A stretch of 64,000 bases of DNA. Source: Balanoglossus misakiensis. Taxonomy: Eukaryota > Animalia > Hemichordata. Under the pieces are notes generated by a model. That model had not been told where the DNA came from. It searched no databases and worked only from the letters and a program-made list of their open reading frames with translations. This document shows, piece after piece, positions 26,248-39,793 of this stretch (its first letter is position 1; every line of letters starts with the position of its first letter). The position numbers and the translations under genes are program-made. The stretch is from the NCBI GenBank assembly GCA_040954595.2, contig CM082589.2, positions 10,800,894 through 10,864,893 on the forward strand, written 5' to 3'.

Positions 26248-26354
26248 AGGGGAAGTCCAGTTCAGCTACATAATTGGGTAGCTTTGAGGTCATTCTTTCA
26301 GAAAAAAACATTGTGTAGAAATTATGCATAAATCAGCTGGACAGGACTTCCCTT
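26248..26354. mobile_element. Short TTAA-flanked MITE (related fragment at ~22618)
   Basis: ttaa-AGGGGAAGTCC...GGACTTCCCTT-ttaa. Confidence 0.7.
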
Positions 26355-29300
26355 TTAATATTTCCAAGCAAGGCAATTGGTTTACTGCAACAATTACTTT
26401 GAAAACACAGTGTAAAACAACAATCATGATATGAATGTTACTTTAATAGATAGTCATACTTATATAAGCATGACTGTCTATGTTGGTCTGTAAGTTGTAT
26501 TTGAAAGAAAAGTTTCATGTACGAATAGTACAAAGATTGACATTTAGTCCACAAATCCCTGAAATGAGACAGCCACGACCTACCATTAACATTAACCAGA
26601 GCACACAGTAACCAGGCCAGAGTGGCCAGTATCGTGCCCATTAATTTTGAGTGTTTGATGGGGGTCAACCTTTGCGTCAACATTAACCAGAGCACACAGT
26701 AACCAGGCCGTAGTGGACAGTGTTCTGCCCATTAATTTTGAGTGTTTGGTGGGGTCAACCTTTGCGTCAACATTAACCAGAGCACACAGTAACCAGGCCA
26801 TAGTGGACAGTGTGCTGCCCATTAATTTTGAGTGTTTGGTGGGGTCAACCTTTGCGTCAACATTAACCAGAGCACACAGTAACCAGGCCGTAGTGGACAG
26901 TGTTCTGCCCATTAATTTTGAGTGTTTGGTGGGGTCAACCTTTGCGTCAACATTAACCAGAGCACACAGTAACCAGGCCGTAGTGGACAGTGTTCTGCCC
27001 ATTAATTTTGAGTGTTTGGTGGGGTCAACCTTTGCGTCAACATTAACCAGAGCACACAGTAACCAGGCCGTAGTGGACAGTGTTCTGCCCATTAATTTTG
27101 AGTGTTTGGTGGGGTCAACCTTTGCGTCAACATTAACTAGGCCAGAGTGGCCAGTATCGTGCCCATTAATTTTGAGTGTTTGGTGGGCTCAACCTTTGCG
27201 TCAACATTAACTAGGCCAGAGTGGCCAGTATCGTGCCCATTAATTTTGAGTGTTTGGTGGGGTCAACCTTTGCGTCAACATTAACTAGGCCAGAGTGGCC
27301 AGTATCGTGCCCATTAATTTTGAGTGTTTGGTGGGGTCAACCTTTGCGTCAACATTAACTAGGCCAGAGTGGCCAGTATCGTGCCCATTAATTTTGAGTG
27401 TTTGGTGGGGGTCAACCTTTGCGTCAACATTAACCAGAGCACACAGTAACCAGGCCGTAGTGGACAGTGTTCTGCCCATTAATTTTGAGTGTTTGGTGGG
27501 GTCAACCTTTGCGTCAACATTAACCAGAGCACACAGTAACCAGGCCATAGTGGACAGTGTGCTGCCCATTAATTTTGAGTGTTTGGTGGGGTCAACCTTT
27601 GCGTCAACATTAACCAGAGCACACAGTAACCAGGCCATAGTGGACAGTGTTCTGCCCATTAATTTTGAGTGTTTGGTGGGGTCAACCTTTGCGTCAACAT
27701 TAACCAGAGCACACAGTAACCAGGCCGTAGTGGACAGTGTTCTGCCCATTAATTTTGAGTGTTTGGTGGGGTCAACCTTTGCGTCAACATTAACCAGAGC
27801 ACACAGTAACCAGGCCGTAGTGGACAGTGTTCTGCCCATTAATTTTGAGTGTTTGGTGGGGTCAACCTTTGCGTCAACATTAACCAGAGCACACAGTAAC
27901 CAGGCCTTAGTGGACAGTGTTCTGCCCATTAATTTTGAGTGTTTGGTGGGGTCAACCTTTGCGTCAACATTAACCAGAGCACACAGTAACCAGGCCGTAG
28001 TGGACAGTGTTCTGCCCATTAATTTTGAGTGTTTGGTGGGGTCAACCTTTGCGTCAACATTAACCAGAGCACACAGTAACCAGGCCATAGTGGACAGTGT
28101 GCTGCCCATTAATTTTGAGTGTTTGGTGGGGTCAACCTTTGCGTCAACATTAACCAGAGCACACAGTAACCAGGCCGTAGTGGACAGTGTTCTGCCCATT
28201 AATTTTGAGTGTTTGGTGGGGTCAACCTTTGCGTCAACATTAACCAGAGCACACAGTAACCAGGCCATAGTGGACAGTGTTCTGCCCATTAATTTTGAGT
28301 GTTTGGTGGGGTCAACCTTTGCGTCAACATTAACCAGAGCACACAGTAACCAGGCCGTAGTGGACAGTGTTCTGCCCATTAATTTTGAGTGTTTGGTGGG
28401 GTCAACCTTTGCGTCAACATTAACCAGAGCACACAGTAACCAGGCCAGAGTGGCCAGTATCGTGCCCATTAATTTTGAGTGTTTGATGGGGGTCAACCTT
28501 TGCGTCAACATTAACCAGAGCACACAGTAACCAGGCCGTAGTGGACAGTGTTCTGCCCATTAATTTTGAGTGTTTGGTGGGGTCAACCTTTGCGTCAACA
28601 TTAACCAGAGCACACAGTAACCAGGCCATAGTGGACAGTGTGCTGCCCATTAATTTTGAGTGTTTGGTGGGGTCAACCTTTGCGTCAACATTAACCAGAG
28701 CACACAGTAACCAGGCCGTAGTGGACAGTGTTCTGCCCATTAATTTTGAGTGTTTGGTGGGGTCAACCTTTGCGTCAACATTAACCAGAGCACACAGTAA
28801 CCAGGCCGTAGTGGACAATGTTCTGCCCATTAATTTTGAGTGTTTGGTGGGGTCAACCTTTGCGTCAACATTAACTAGGCCAGAGTGGCCAGTATCGTGC
28901 CCATTAATTTTGAGTGTTTGGTGGGGTCAACCTTTGCGTCAACATTAACTAGGCCAGAGTGGCCAGTATCGTGCCCATTAATTTTGAGTGTTTGGTGGGG
29001 TCAACCTTTGCGTCAACATTAACCAGAGCACACAGTAACCAGGCCGTAGTGGACAGTGTTCTGCCCATTAATTTTGAGTGTTTGGTGGGGTCAACCTTTG
29101 CGTCAACATTAACCAGAGCACACAGTAACCAGGCCATAGTGGACAGTGTGCTGCCCATTAATTTTGAGTGTTTGGTGGGGTCAACCTTTGCGTCAACATT
29201 AACCAGAGCACACAGTAACCAGGCCATAGTGGACAGTGTTCTGCCCATTAATTTTGAGTGTTTGGTGGGGTCAACCTTTGCGTCAACATTAACCAGAGCA

Positions 29301-32300
29301 CACAGTAACCAGGCCGTAGTGGACAGTGTTCTGCCCATTAATTTTGAGTGTTTGGTGGGGTCAACCTTTGCGTCAACATTAACCAGAGCACACAGTAACC
29401 AGGCCGTAGTGGACAGTGTTCTGCCCATTAATTTTGAGTGTTTGGTGGGGTCAACCTTTGCGTCAACATTAACCAGAGCACACAGTAACCAGGCCGTAGT
29501 GGACAGTGTTCTGCCCATTAATTTTGAGTGTTTGGTGTGGTCAACCTTTGCGTCAACATTAACCAGAGCACACAGTAACCAGGCCGTAGTGGACAGTGTT
29601 CTGCCCATTAATTTTGAGTGTTTGGTGGGGTCAACCTTTGCGTCAACATTAACCAGAGCACACAGTAACCAGGCCATAGTGGACAGTGTGCTGCCCATTA
29701 ATTTTGAGTGTTTGGTGGGGTCAACCTTTGCGTCAACATTAACCAGAGCACACAGTAACCAGGCCGTAGTGGACAGTGTTCTGCCCATTAATTTTGAGTG
29801 TTTGGTGGGGTCAACCTTTGCGTCAACATTAACCAGAGCACACAGTAACCAGGCCATAGTGGACAGTGTTCTGCCCATTAATTTTGAGTGTTTGGTGGGG
29901 TCAACCTTTGCGTCAACATTAACCAGAGCACACAGTAACCAGGCCGTAGTGGACAGTGTTCTGCCCATTAATTTTGAGTGTTTGGTGGGGTCAACCTTTG
30001 CGTCAACATTAACCAGAGCACACAGTAACCAGGCCGTAGTGGACAGTGTTCTGCCCATTAATTTTGAGTGTTTGGTGAGGTCAACCTTTGCGTCAACATT
30101 AACCAGAGCACACAGTAACCAGGCCGTAGTGGACAGTGTTCTGCCCATTAATTTTGAGTGTTTGGTGGGGTCAACCTTTGCGTCAACATTAACCAGAGCA
30201 CACAGTAACCAGGCCATAGTGGACAGTGTGCTGCCCATTAATTTTGAGTGTTTGGTGGGGTCAACCTTTGCGTCAACATTAACCAGAGCACACAGTAACC
30301 AGGCCATAGTGGACAGTGTTCTGCCCATTAATTTTGAGTGTTTGGTGGGGTCAACCTTTGCGTCAACATTAACCAGAGCACACAGTAACCAGGCCGTAGT
30401 GGACAGTGTTCTGCCCATTAATTTTGAGTGTTTGGTGGGGTCAACCTTTGCGTCAACATTAACCAGAGCACACAGTAACCAGGCCGTAGTGGACAGTGTT
30501 CTGCCCATTAATTTTGAGTGTTTGGTGGGGTCAACCTTTGCGTCAACATTAACCAGAGCACACAGTAACCAGGCCATAGTGGACAGTGTTCTGCCCATTA
30601 GTTTTGAGTGTTTGGTGGGGTCAACCTTTGCGTCAACATTAACCAGAGCACACAGTAACCAGGCCGTAGTGGACAGTGTTCTGCCCATTAATTTTGAGTG
30701 TTTGGTGGGGTCAACCTTTGCGTCAACATTAACCAGAGCACACAGTAACCAGGCCATAGTGGACAGTGTTCTGCCCATTAATTTTGAGTGTTTGGTGGGG
30801 TCAACCTTTGCGTCAACATTAACCAGAGCACACAGTAACCAGGCCGTAGTGGACAGTGTTCTGCCCATTAATTTTGAGTGTTTGGTGGGGTCAACCTTTG
30901 CGTCAACATTAACCAGAGCACACAGTAACCAGGCCGTAGTGGACAGTGTTCTGCCCATTAATTTTGAGTGTTTGGTGGGGTCAACCTTTGCGTCAACATT
31001 AACCAGAGCACACAGTAACCAGGCCATAGTGGACAGTGTGCTGCCCATTAATTTTGAGTGTTTGGTGGGGTCAACCTTTGCGTCAACATTAACCAGAGCA
31101 CACAGTAACCAGGCCATAGTGGACAGTGTTCTGCCCATTAATTTTGAGTGTTTGGTGGGGTCAACCTTTGCGTCAACATTAACCAGAGCACACAGTAACC
31201 AGGCCGTAGTGGACAGTGTTCTGCCCATTAATTTTGAGTGTTTGGTGGGGTCAACCTTTGCGTCAACATTAACCAGAGCACACAGTAACCAGGCCGTAGT
31301 GGACAGTGTTCTGCCCATTAATTTTGAGTGTTTGGTGGGGTCAACCTTTGCGTCAACATTAACCAGAGCACACAGTAACCAGGCCATAGTGGACAGTGTT
31401 CTGCCCATTAATTTTGAGTGTTTGGTGGGGTCAACCTTTGCGTCAACATTAACCAGAGCACACAGTAACCAGGCCGTAGTGGACAGTGTTCTGCCCATTA
31501 ATTTTGAGTGTTTGGTGGGGTCAACCTTTGCGTCAACATTAACCAGAGCACACAGTAACCAGGCCGTAGTGGACAGTGTTCTGCCCATTAATTTTGAGTG
31601 TTTGGTGGGGTCAACCTTTGCGTCAACATTAACCAGAGCACACAGTAACCAGGCCATAGTGGACAGTGTGCTGCCCATTAATTTTGAGTGTTTGGTGGGG
31701 TCAACCTTTGCGTCAACATTAACCAGAGCACACAGTAACCAGGCCATAGTGGACAGTGTTCTGCCCATTAATTTTGAGTGTTTGGTGGGGTCAACCTTTG
31801 CGTCAACATTAACCAGAGCACACAGTAACCAGGCCGTAGTGGACAGTGTTCTGCCCATTAATTTTGAGTGTTTGGTGGGGTCAACCTTTGCGTCAACATT
31901 AACCAGAGCACACAGTAACCAGGCCGTAGTGGACAGTGTTCTGCCCATTAATTTTGAGTGTTTGGTGGGGTCAACCTTTGCGTCAACATTAACCAGAGCA
32001 CACAGTAACCAGGCCATAGTGGACAGTGTTCTGCCCATTAATTTTGAGTGTTTGGTGGGGTCAACCTTTGCGTCAACATTAACCAGAGCACACAGTAACC
32101 AGGCCGTAGTGGACAGTGTTCTGCCCATTAATTTTGAGTGTTTGGTGGGGTCAACCTTTGCGTCAACATTAACCAGAGCACACAGTAACCAGGCCATAGT
32201 GGACAGTGTGCTGCCCATTAATTTTGAGTGTTTGGTGGGGTCAACCTTTGCGTCAACATTAACCAGAGCACAGAGTAACCAGGCCATAGTGGACAGTGTT

Positions 32301-32449
32301 CTGCCCATTAATTTTGAGTGTTTGGTGGGGTCAATCTTTGCGTCAACATTAATCAGAGCACACAGTAACCAGGCCGTAGTGGACAGTGTTCTGCCCATTA
32401 ATTTTGAGTGTTTGGTGGGGTCAACCTTTGCGTCAACATTAACCAGAGC

Positions 32450-33281
32450 CACGGTTACTAGAAGAAGACGGTTAGGAAACTATTTTTTCTCCATTGTTAG
32501 ATGCTCGCCTCGGTAAACACTTAGTGTAAACGAAAGATATCAGGTGCTAACGAGCCTGGCCGTACGAATAATGACGTCATTCCCCCACAATCCAAAGCAA
32601 ACCATACTAGTGTTTACGGAATTGCTTGCACGCACAGTACGTAGACCACCAGAATTGAAGAAAACAGAACAGAGGATGGATAATTTATAAAGTCACAACA
32701 CATTTATGACAATTTTGAACTTTCAAGGACATGATGAAGCCATACATTCTTTGTCTTGACTGTGCCCTAGAGATTCGATGCGAACCAAAACAAACAAGAT
32801 GGCCGCCAAAGGCTATATCGATAATGTTAAATTAACGACTGTATCGAAATGGGTATGCAATGAATCTCAACGAAATATTCCAATTGGAATAAACGAAATA
32901 GCCCATGCAATACAAAAAGGTGTAAAATATCTAAATATATTTAAAAAAAACAGAAATGCGACCATCAGGGTTGAATTCTAGGGGTTCAAAATTCGACGCT
33001 ATTTGAATCCGGATTTTAAGTTAACCACCCAAGAAACAATGGTAGAGTGTCGCAAGCCCAACAGACTATGACCGTGCACTCCATAAGCCTATATGGAACT
33101 CGTACAAAAAAAAAGTGGCGCTGTACTCTGACGAAAAAGGGCAGATGAAGGGGTTCAAAAATTAGCTACGTTCCCCAATACAACCCCACATAGCGGTTCG
33201 GACATGGACTCTCCTAGCTAACACCTCGTTCACACCTTCCGAACAATAGAGTTTCCTAACCATCTTCTTCTAGTAACCGTG
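32450..33281. mobile_element. 832-bp non-autonomous DNA transposon, P-element-like, copy 1
   Basis: 32-bp TIR CACGGTTACTAGAAGAAGACGGTTAGGAAACT, CA..TG ends, 7-bp TSD ccagagc. Confidence 0.85.
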
Positions 33282-36200
33282 CCAGAGCACACAGTAACCA
33301 GGCCATAGTGGACAGTGTTCTGCCCATTAATTTTGAGTGTTTGGTGGGGTCAACCTTTGCGACAACATTAACCAGAGCACACAGTAACCAGGCCGTAGTG
33401 GACAGTGTTCTGCCCATTAATTTTGAGTGTTTGGTGGGGTCAACCTTTGCGTCAACATTAACCAGAGCACACAGTAACCAGGCCGTAGTGGACAGTGTTC
33501 TGCCCATTAATTTTGAGTGTTTGGTGGGGTCAACCTTTGCGTCAACATTAACCAGAGCACACAGTAACCAGGCCGTAGTGGACAGTGTTCTGCCCATTAA
33601 TTTTGAGTGTTTGGTGGGGTCAACCTTTGCGTCAACATTAACCAGAGCACACAGTAACCAGGCCATAGTGGACAGTGTGCTGCCCATTAATTTTGAGTGT
33701 TTGGTGGGGTCAACCTTTGCGTCAACATTAACCAGAGCACACAGTAACCAGGCCGTAGTGGACAGTGTTCTGCCCATTAATTTTGAGTGTTTGGTGGGGT
33801 CAACCTTTGCGTCAACATTAACCAGAGCACACAGTAACCAGGCCATAGTGGACAGTGTTCTGCCCATTAATTTTGAGTGTTTGGTGGGGTCAACCTTTGC
33901 GTCAACATTAACCAGAGCACACAGTAACCAGGCCGTAGTGGACAGTGTTCTGCCCATTAATTTTGAGTGTTTGGTGGGGTCAACCTTTGCGTCAACATTA
34001 ACCAGAGCACACAGTAACCAGGCCGTAGTGGACAGTGTTCTGCCCATTAATTTTGAGTGTTTGGTGAGGTCAACCTTTGCGTCAACATTAACCAGAGCAC
34101 ACAGTAACCAGGCCGTAGTGGACAGTGTTCTGCCCATTAATTTTGAGTGTTTGGTGGGGTCAACCTTTGCGTCAACATTAACCAGAGCACACAGTAACCA
34201 GGCCATAGTGGACAGTGTGCTGCCCATTAATTTTGAGTGTTTGGTGGGGTCAACCTTTGCGTCAACATTAACCAGAGCACACAGTAACCAGGCCATAGTG
34301 GACAGTGTTCTGCCCATTAATTTTGAGTGTTTGGTGGGGTCAACCTTTGCGTCAACATTAACCAGAGCACACAGTAACCAGGCCGTAGTGGACAGTGTTC
34401 TGCCCATTAATTTTGAGTGTTTGGTGGGGTCAACCTTTGCGTCAACATTAACCAGAGCACACAGTAACCAGGCCGTAGTGGACAGTGTTCTGCCCATTAA
34501 TTTTGAGTGTTTGGTGGGGTCAACCTTTGCGTCAACATTAACCAGAGCACACAGTAACCAGGCCATAGTGGACAGTGTTCTGCCCATTAGTTTTGAGTGT
34601 TTGGTGGGGTCAACCTTTGCGTCAACATTAACCAGAGCACACAGTAACCAGGCCGTAGTGGACAGTGTTCTGCCCATTAATTTTGAGTGTTTGGTGGGGT
34701 CAACCTTTGCGTCAACATTAACCAGAGCACACAGTAACCAGGCCATAGTGGACAGTGTTCTGCCCATTAATTTTGAGTGTTTGGTGGGGTCAACCTTTGC
34801 GTCAACATTAACCAGAGCACACAGTAACCAGGCCGTAGTGGACAGTGTTCTGCCCATTAATTTTGAGTGTTTGGTGGGGTCAACCTTTGCGTCAACATTA
34901 ACCAGAGCACACAGTAACCAGGCCGTAGTGGACAGTGTTCTGCCCATTAATTTTGAGTGTTTGGTGGGGTCAACCTTTGCGTCAACATTAACCAGAGCAC
35001 ACAGTAACCAGGCCATAGTGGACAGTGTGCTGCCCATTAATTTTGAGTGTTTGGTGGGGTCAACCTTTGCGTCAACATTAACCAGAGCACACAGTAACCA
35101 GGCCATAGTGGACAGTGTTCTGCCCATTAATTTTGAGTGTTTGGTGGGGTCAACCTTTGCGTCAACATTAACCAGAGCACACAGTAACCAGGCCGTAGTG
35201 GACAGTGTTCTGCCCATTAATTTTGAGTGTTTGGTGGGGTCAACCTTTGCGTCAACATTAACCAGAGCACACAGTAACCAGGCCGTAGTGGACAGTGTTC
35301 TGCCCATTAATTTTGAGTGTTTGGTGGGGTCAACCTTTGCGTCAACATTAACCAGAGCACACAGTAACCAGGCCGTAGTGGACAGTGTTCTGCCCATTAA
35401 TTTTGAGTGTTTGGTGGGGTCAACCTTTGCGTCAACATTAACCAGAGCACACAGTAACCAGGCCGTAGTGGACAGTGTTCTGCCCATTAATTTTGAGTGT
35501 TTGGTGGGGTCAACCTTTGCGTCAACATTAACCAGAGCACACAGTAACCAGGCCGTAGTGGACAGTGTTCTGCCCATTAATTTTGAGTGTTTGGTGGGGT
35601 CAACCTTTGCGTCAACATTAACCAGAGCACACAGTAACCAGGCCATAGTGGACAGTGTGCTGCCCATTAATTTTGAGTGTTTGGTGGGGTCAACCTTTGC
35701 GTCAACATTAACCAGAGCACACAGTAACCAGGCCATAGTGGACAGTGTTCTGCCCATTAATTTTGAGTGTTTGGTGGGGTCAACCTTTGCGTCAACATTA
35801 ACCAGAGCACACAGTAACCAGGCCGTAGTGGACAGTGTTCTGCCCATTAATTTTGAGTGTTTGGTGGGGTCAACCTTTGCGTCAACATTAACCAGAGCAC
35901 ACAGTAACCAGGCCGTAGTGGACAGTGTTCTGCCCATTAATTTTGAGTGTTTGGTGGGGTCAACCTTTGCGTCAACATTAACCAGAGCACACAGTAACCA
36001 GGCCATAGTGGACAGTGTTCTGCCCATTAATTTTGAGTGTTTGGTGGGGTCAACCTTTGCGTCAACATTAACCAGAGCACACAGTAACCAGGCCGTAGTG
36101 GACAGTGTTCTGCCCATTAATTTTGAGTGTTTGGTGGGGTCAACCTTTGCGTCAACATTAACCAGAGCACACAGTAACCAGGCCATAGTGGACAGTGTGC

Positions 36201-36438
36201 TGCCCATTAATTTTGAGTGTTTGGTGGGGTCAACCTTTGCGTCAACATTAACCAGAGCACAGAGTAACCAGGCCATAGTGGACAGTGTTCTGCCCATTAA
36301 TTTTGAGTGTTTGGTGGGGTCAATCTTTGCGTCAACATTAATCAGAGCACACAGTAACCAGGCCGTAGTGGACAGTGTTCTGCCCATTAATTTTGAGTGT
36401 TTGGTGGGGTCAACCTTTGCGTCAACATTAACCAAAGC

Positions 36439-37270
36439 CACGGTTACTAGAAGAAGACGGTTAGGAAACTATTTTTTCTCCATTGTTAGATGCTCGCCTC
36501 GGTAAACACTTAGTGTAAACGAAAGATATCAGGTGCTAACGAGCCTGGCCGTACGAATAATGACGTCATTCCCCCACAATCCAAAGCAAACCATACTAGT
36601 GTTTACGGAATTGCTTGCACGCACAGTACGTAGACCACCAGAATTGAAGAAAACAGAACAGAGGATGGATAATTTATAAAGTCACAACACATTTATGACA
36701 ATTTTGAACTTTCAAGGACATGATGAAGCCATACATTCTTTGTCTTGACTGTGCCCTAGAGATTCGATGCGAACCAAAACAAACAAGATGGCCGCCAAAG
36801 GCTATATCGATAATGTTAAATTAACGACTGTATCGAAATGGGTATGCAATGAATCTCAACGAAATATTCCAATTGGAATAAACGAAATAGCCCATGCAAT
36901 ACAAAAAGGTGTAAAATATCTAAATATATTTAAAAAAAACAGAAATGCGACCATCAGGGTTGAATTCTAGGGGTTCAAAATTCGACGCTATTTGAATCCG
37001 GATTTTAAGTTAACCACCCAAGAAACAATGGTAGAGTGTCGCAAGCCCAACAGACTATGACCGTGCACTCCATAAGCCTATATGGAACTCGTACAAAAAA
37101 AAAGTGGCGCTGTACTCTGACGAAAAAGGGCAGATGAAGGGGTTCAAAAATTAGCTACGTTCCCCAATACAACCCCACATAGCGGTTCGGACATGGACTC
37201 TCCTAGCTAACACCTCGTTCACACCTTCCGAACAATAGAGTTTCCTAACCGTCTTCTTCTAGTAACCGTG
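36439..37270. mobile_element. 832-bp P-like element, copy 2
   Basis: Near-identical to copy 1; left TSD mutated to ccaaagc. Confidence 0.85.
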
Positions 37271-38961
37271 CCAGAGCACACAGTAACCAGGCCATAGTGG
37301 ACAGTGTTCTGCCCATTAATTTTGAGTGTTTGGTGGGGTCAACCTTTGCGTCAACATTAACCAGAGCACACAGTAACCAGGCCGTAGTGGACAGTGTTCT
37401 GCCCATTAATTTTGAGTGTTTGGTGGGGTCAACCTTTGCGTCAACATTAACTAGGCCAGAGTGGCCAGTATCGTGCCCATTAATTTTGAGTGTTTGGTGG
37501 GGTCAACCTTTGCGTCAACATTAACTAGGCCAGAGTGGCCAGTATCGTGCCCATTAATTTTGAGTGTTTGGTGGGGTCAACCTTTGCGTCAACATTAACT
37601 AGGCCAGAGTGGCCAGTATCATGCCCATTAATTTTGAGTGTTTGGTGGGGTCAACCTTTGCGTCAACATTAACTAGGCCAGAGTGGCCAGTATCCTGCCC
37701 ATTAATTTTGAGTGTTTGGTGGGGTCAACCTTTGCATCAACATTAACCAGGCCAGAGTGGCCAGTGTCGTGCCCATTAATTTTGAGTTTTTGGTGGGGTC
37801 AACCTTGGCATCAACATTAACTAGGCCAGAGTGGCCAGTATCGTGCCCATTAATTTTGAGTGTTTGGTGGGGTCAACCTTTGCGTCAACATTAACTAGGC
37901 CAGAGTGGCCAGTATCGTGCCCATTAATTTTGAGTGTTTGGTGGGGGTCAACCTTTGCGTCAACATTAACCAGAGCACACAGTAACCAGGCCGTAGTGGA
38001 CAGTGTTCTGCCCATTAATTTTGAGTGTTTGGTGGGGTCAACCTTTGCGTCAACATTAACTAGGCCAGAGTGGCCAGTATCGTGCCCATTAATTTTGTGT
38101 GTTTGGTGGGGTCAACCTTTGCGTCAACATTAACTAGGCCAGAGTGGCCAGTATCATGCCCATTAATTTTGAGTGTTTGGTGGGGTCAACCTTTGCGTCA
38201 ACATTAACTAGGCCAGAGTGGCCAGTATCCTGCCCATTAATTTTGAGTGTTTGGTGGGGTCAACCTTTGCATCAACATTAACCAGGCCAGAGTGGCCAGT
38301 GTCGTGCCCATTAATTTTGAGTTTTTGGTGGGGTCAACCTTGGCATCAACATTAACTAGGCCAGAGTGGCCAGTATCGTGCCCATTAATTTTGAGTGTTT
38401 GGTGGGGTCAACCTTTGCGTCAACATTAACTAGGCCAGAGTGGCCAGTATCGTGCCCATTAATTTTGAGTGTTTGGTGGGGGTCAACCTTTGCGTCAACA
38501 TTAACCAGAGCACACAGTAACCAGGCCGTAGTGGACAGTGTTCTGCCCATTAATTTTGAGTGTTTGGTGGGGTCAACCTTTGCGTCAACATTAACCAGAG
38601 CACACAGTAACCAGGCCGTAGTGGACAGTGTTCTGCCCATTAATTTTGAGTGTTTGGTGGGGTCAACCTTTGCGTCAACATTAACCAGAGCACACAGTAA
38701 CCAGGCCATAGTGGACAGTGTGCTGCCCATTAATTTTGAGTGTTTGGTGGGGTCAACCTTTGCGTCAACATTAACCAGAGCACAGAGTAACCAGGCCATA
38801 GTGGACAGTGTTCTGCCCATTAATTTTGAGTGTTTGGTGGGGTCAATCTTTGCGTCAACATTAATCAGAGCACACAGTAACCAGGCCGTAGTGGACAGTG
38901 TTCTGCCCATTAATTTTGAGTGTTTGGTGGGGTCAACCTTTGCGTCAACATTAACCAGAGC

Positions 38962-39793
38962 CACGGTTACTAGAAGAAGACGGTTAGGAAACTATTTTTT
39001 CTCCATTGTTAGATGCTCGCCTCGGTAAACACTTAGTGTAAACGAAAGATATCAGGTGCTAACGAGCCTGGCCGTACGAATAATGACGTCATTCCCCCAC
39101 AATCCAAAGCAAACCATACTAGTGTTTACGGAATTGCTTGCACGCACAGTACGTAGACCACCAGAATTGAAGAAAACAGAACAGAGGATGGATAATTTAT
39201 AAAGTCACAACACATTTATGACAATTTTGAACTTTCAAGGACATGATGAAGCCATACATTCTTTGTCTTGACTGTGCCCTAGAGATTCGATGCGAACCAA
39301 AACAAACAAGATGGCCGCCAAAGGCTATATCGATAATGTTAAATTAACGACTGTATCGAAATGGGTATGCAATGAATCTCAACGAAATATTCCAATTGGA
39401 ATAAACGAAATAGCCCATGCAATACAAAAAGGTGTAAAATATCTAAATATATTTAAAAAAAACAGAAATGCGACCATCAGGGTTGAATTCTAGGGGTTCA
39501 AAATTCGACGCTATTTGAATCCGGATTTTAAGTTAACCACCCAAGAAACAATGGTAGAGTGTCGCAAGCCCAACAGACTATGACCGTGCACTCCATAAGC
39601 CTATATGGAACTCGTACAAAAAAAAAGTGGCGCTGTACTCTGACGAAAAAGGGCAGATGAAGGGGTTCAAAAATTAGCTACGTTCCCCAATACAACCCCA
39701 CATAGCGGTTCGGACATGGACTCTCCTAGCTAACACCTCGTTCACACCTTCCGAACAATAGAGTTTCCTAACCATCTTCTTCTAGTAACCGTG
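38962..39793. mobile_element. 832-bp P-like element, copy 3
   Basis: Same variants as copy 1, offset 6512 bp. Confidence 0.85.

Noticed and set aside
32778-32981. 67-aa ORF repeated four times
   Set aside because: Inside the duplicated non-autonomous element, no recognisable domain
32450-33281. RAG/Transib RSS-like ends (CACGGTT; cacagta in the monomer)
   Set aside because: TSD is 7 bp, not 5 bp, and no nonamer at 12/23 spacing is evident
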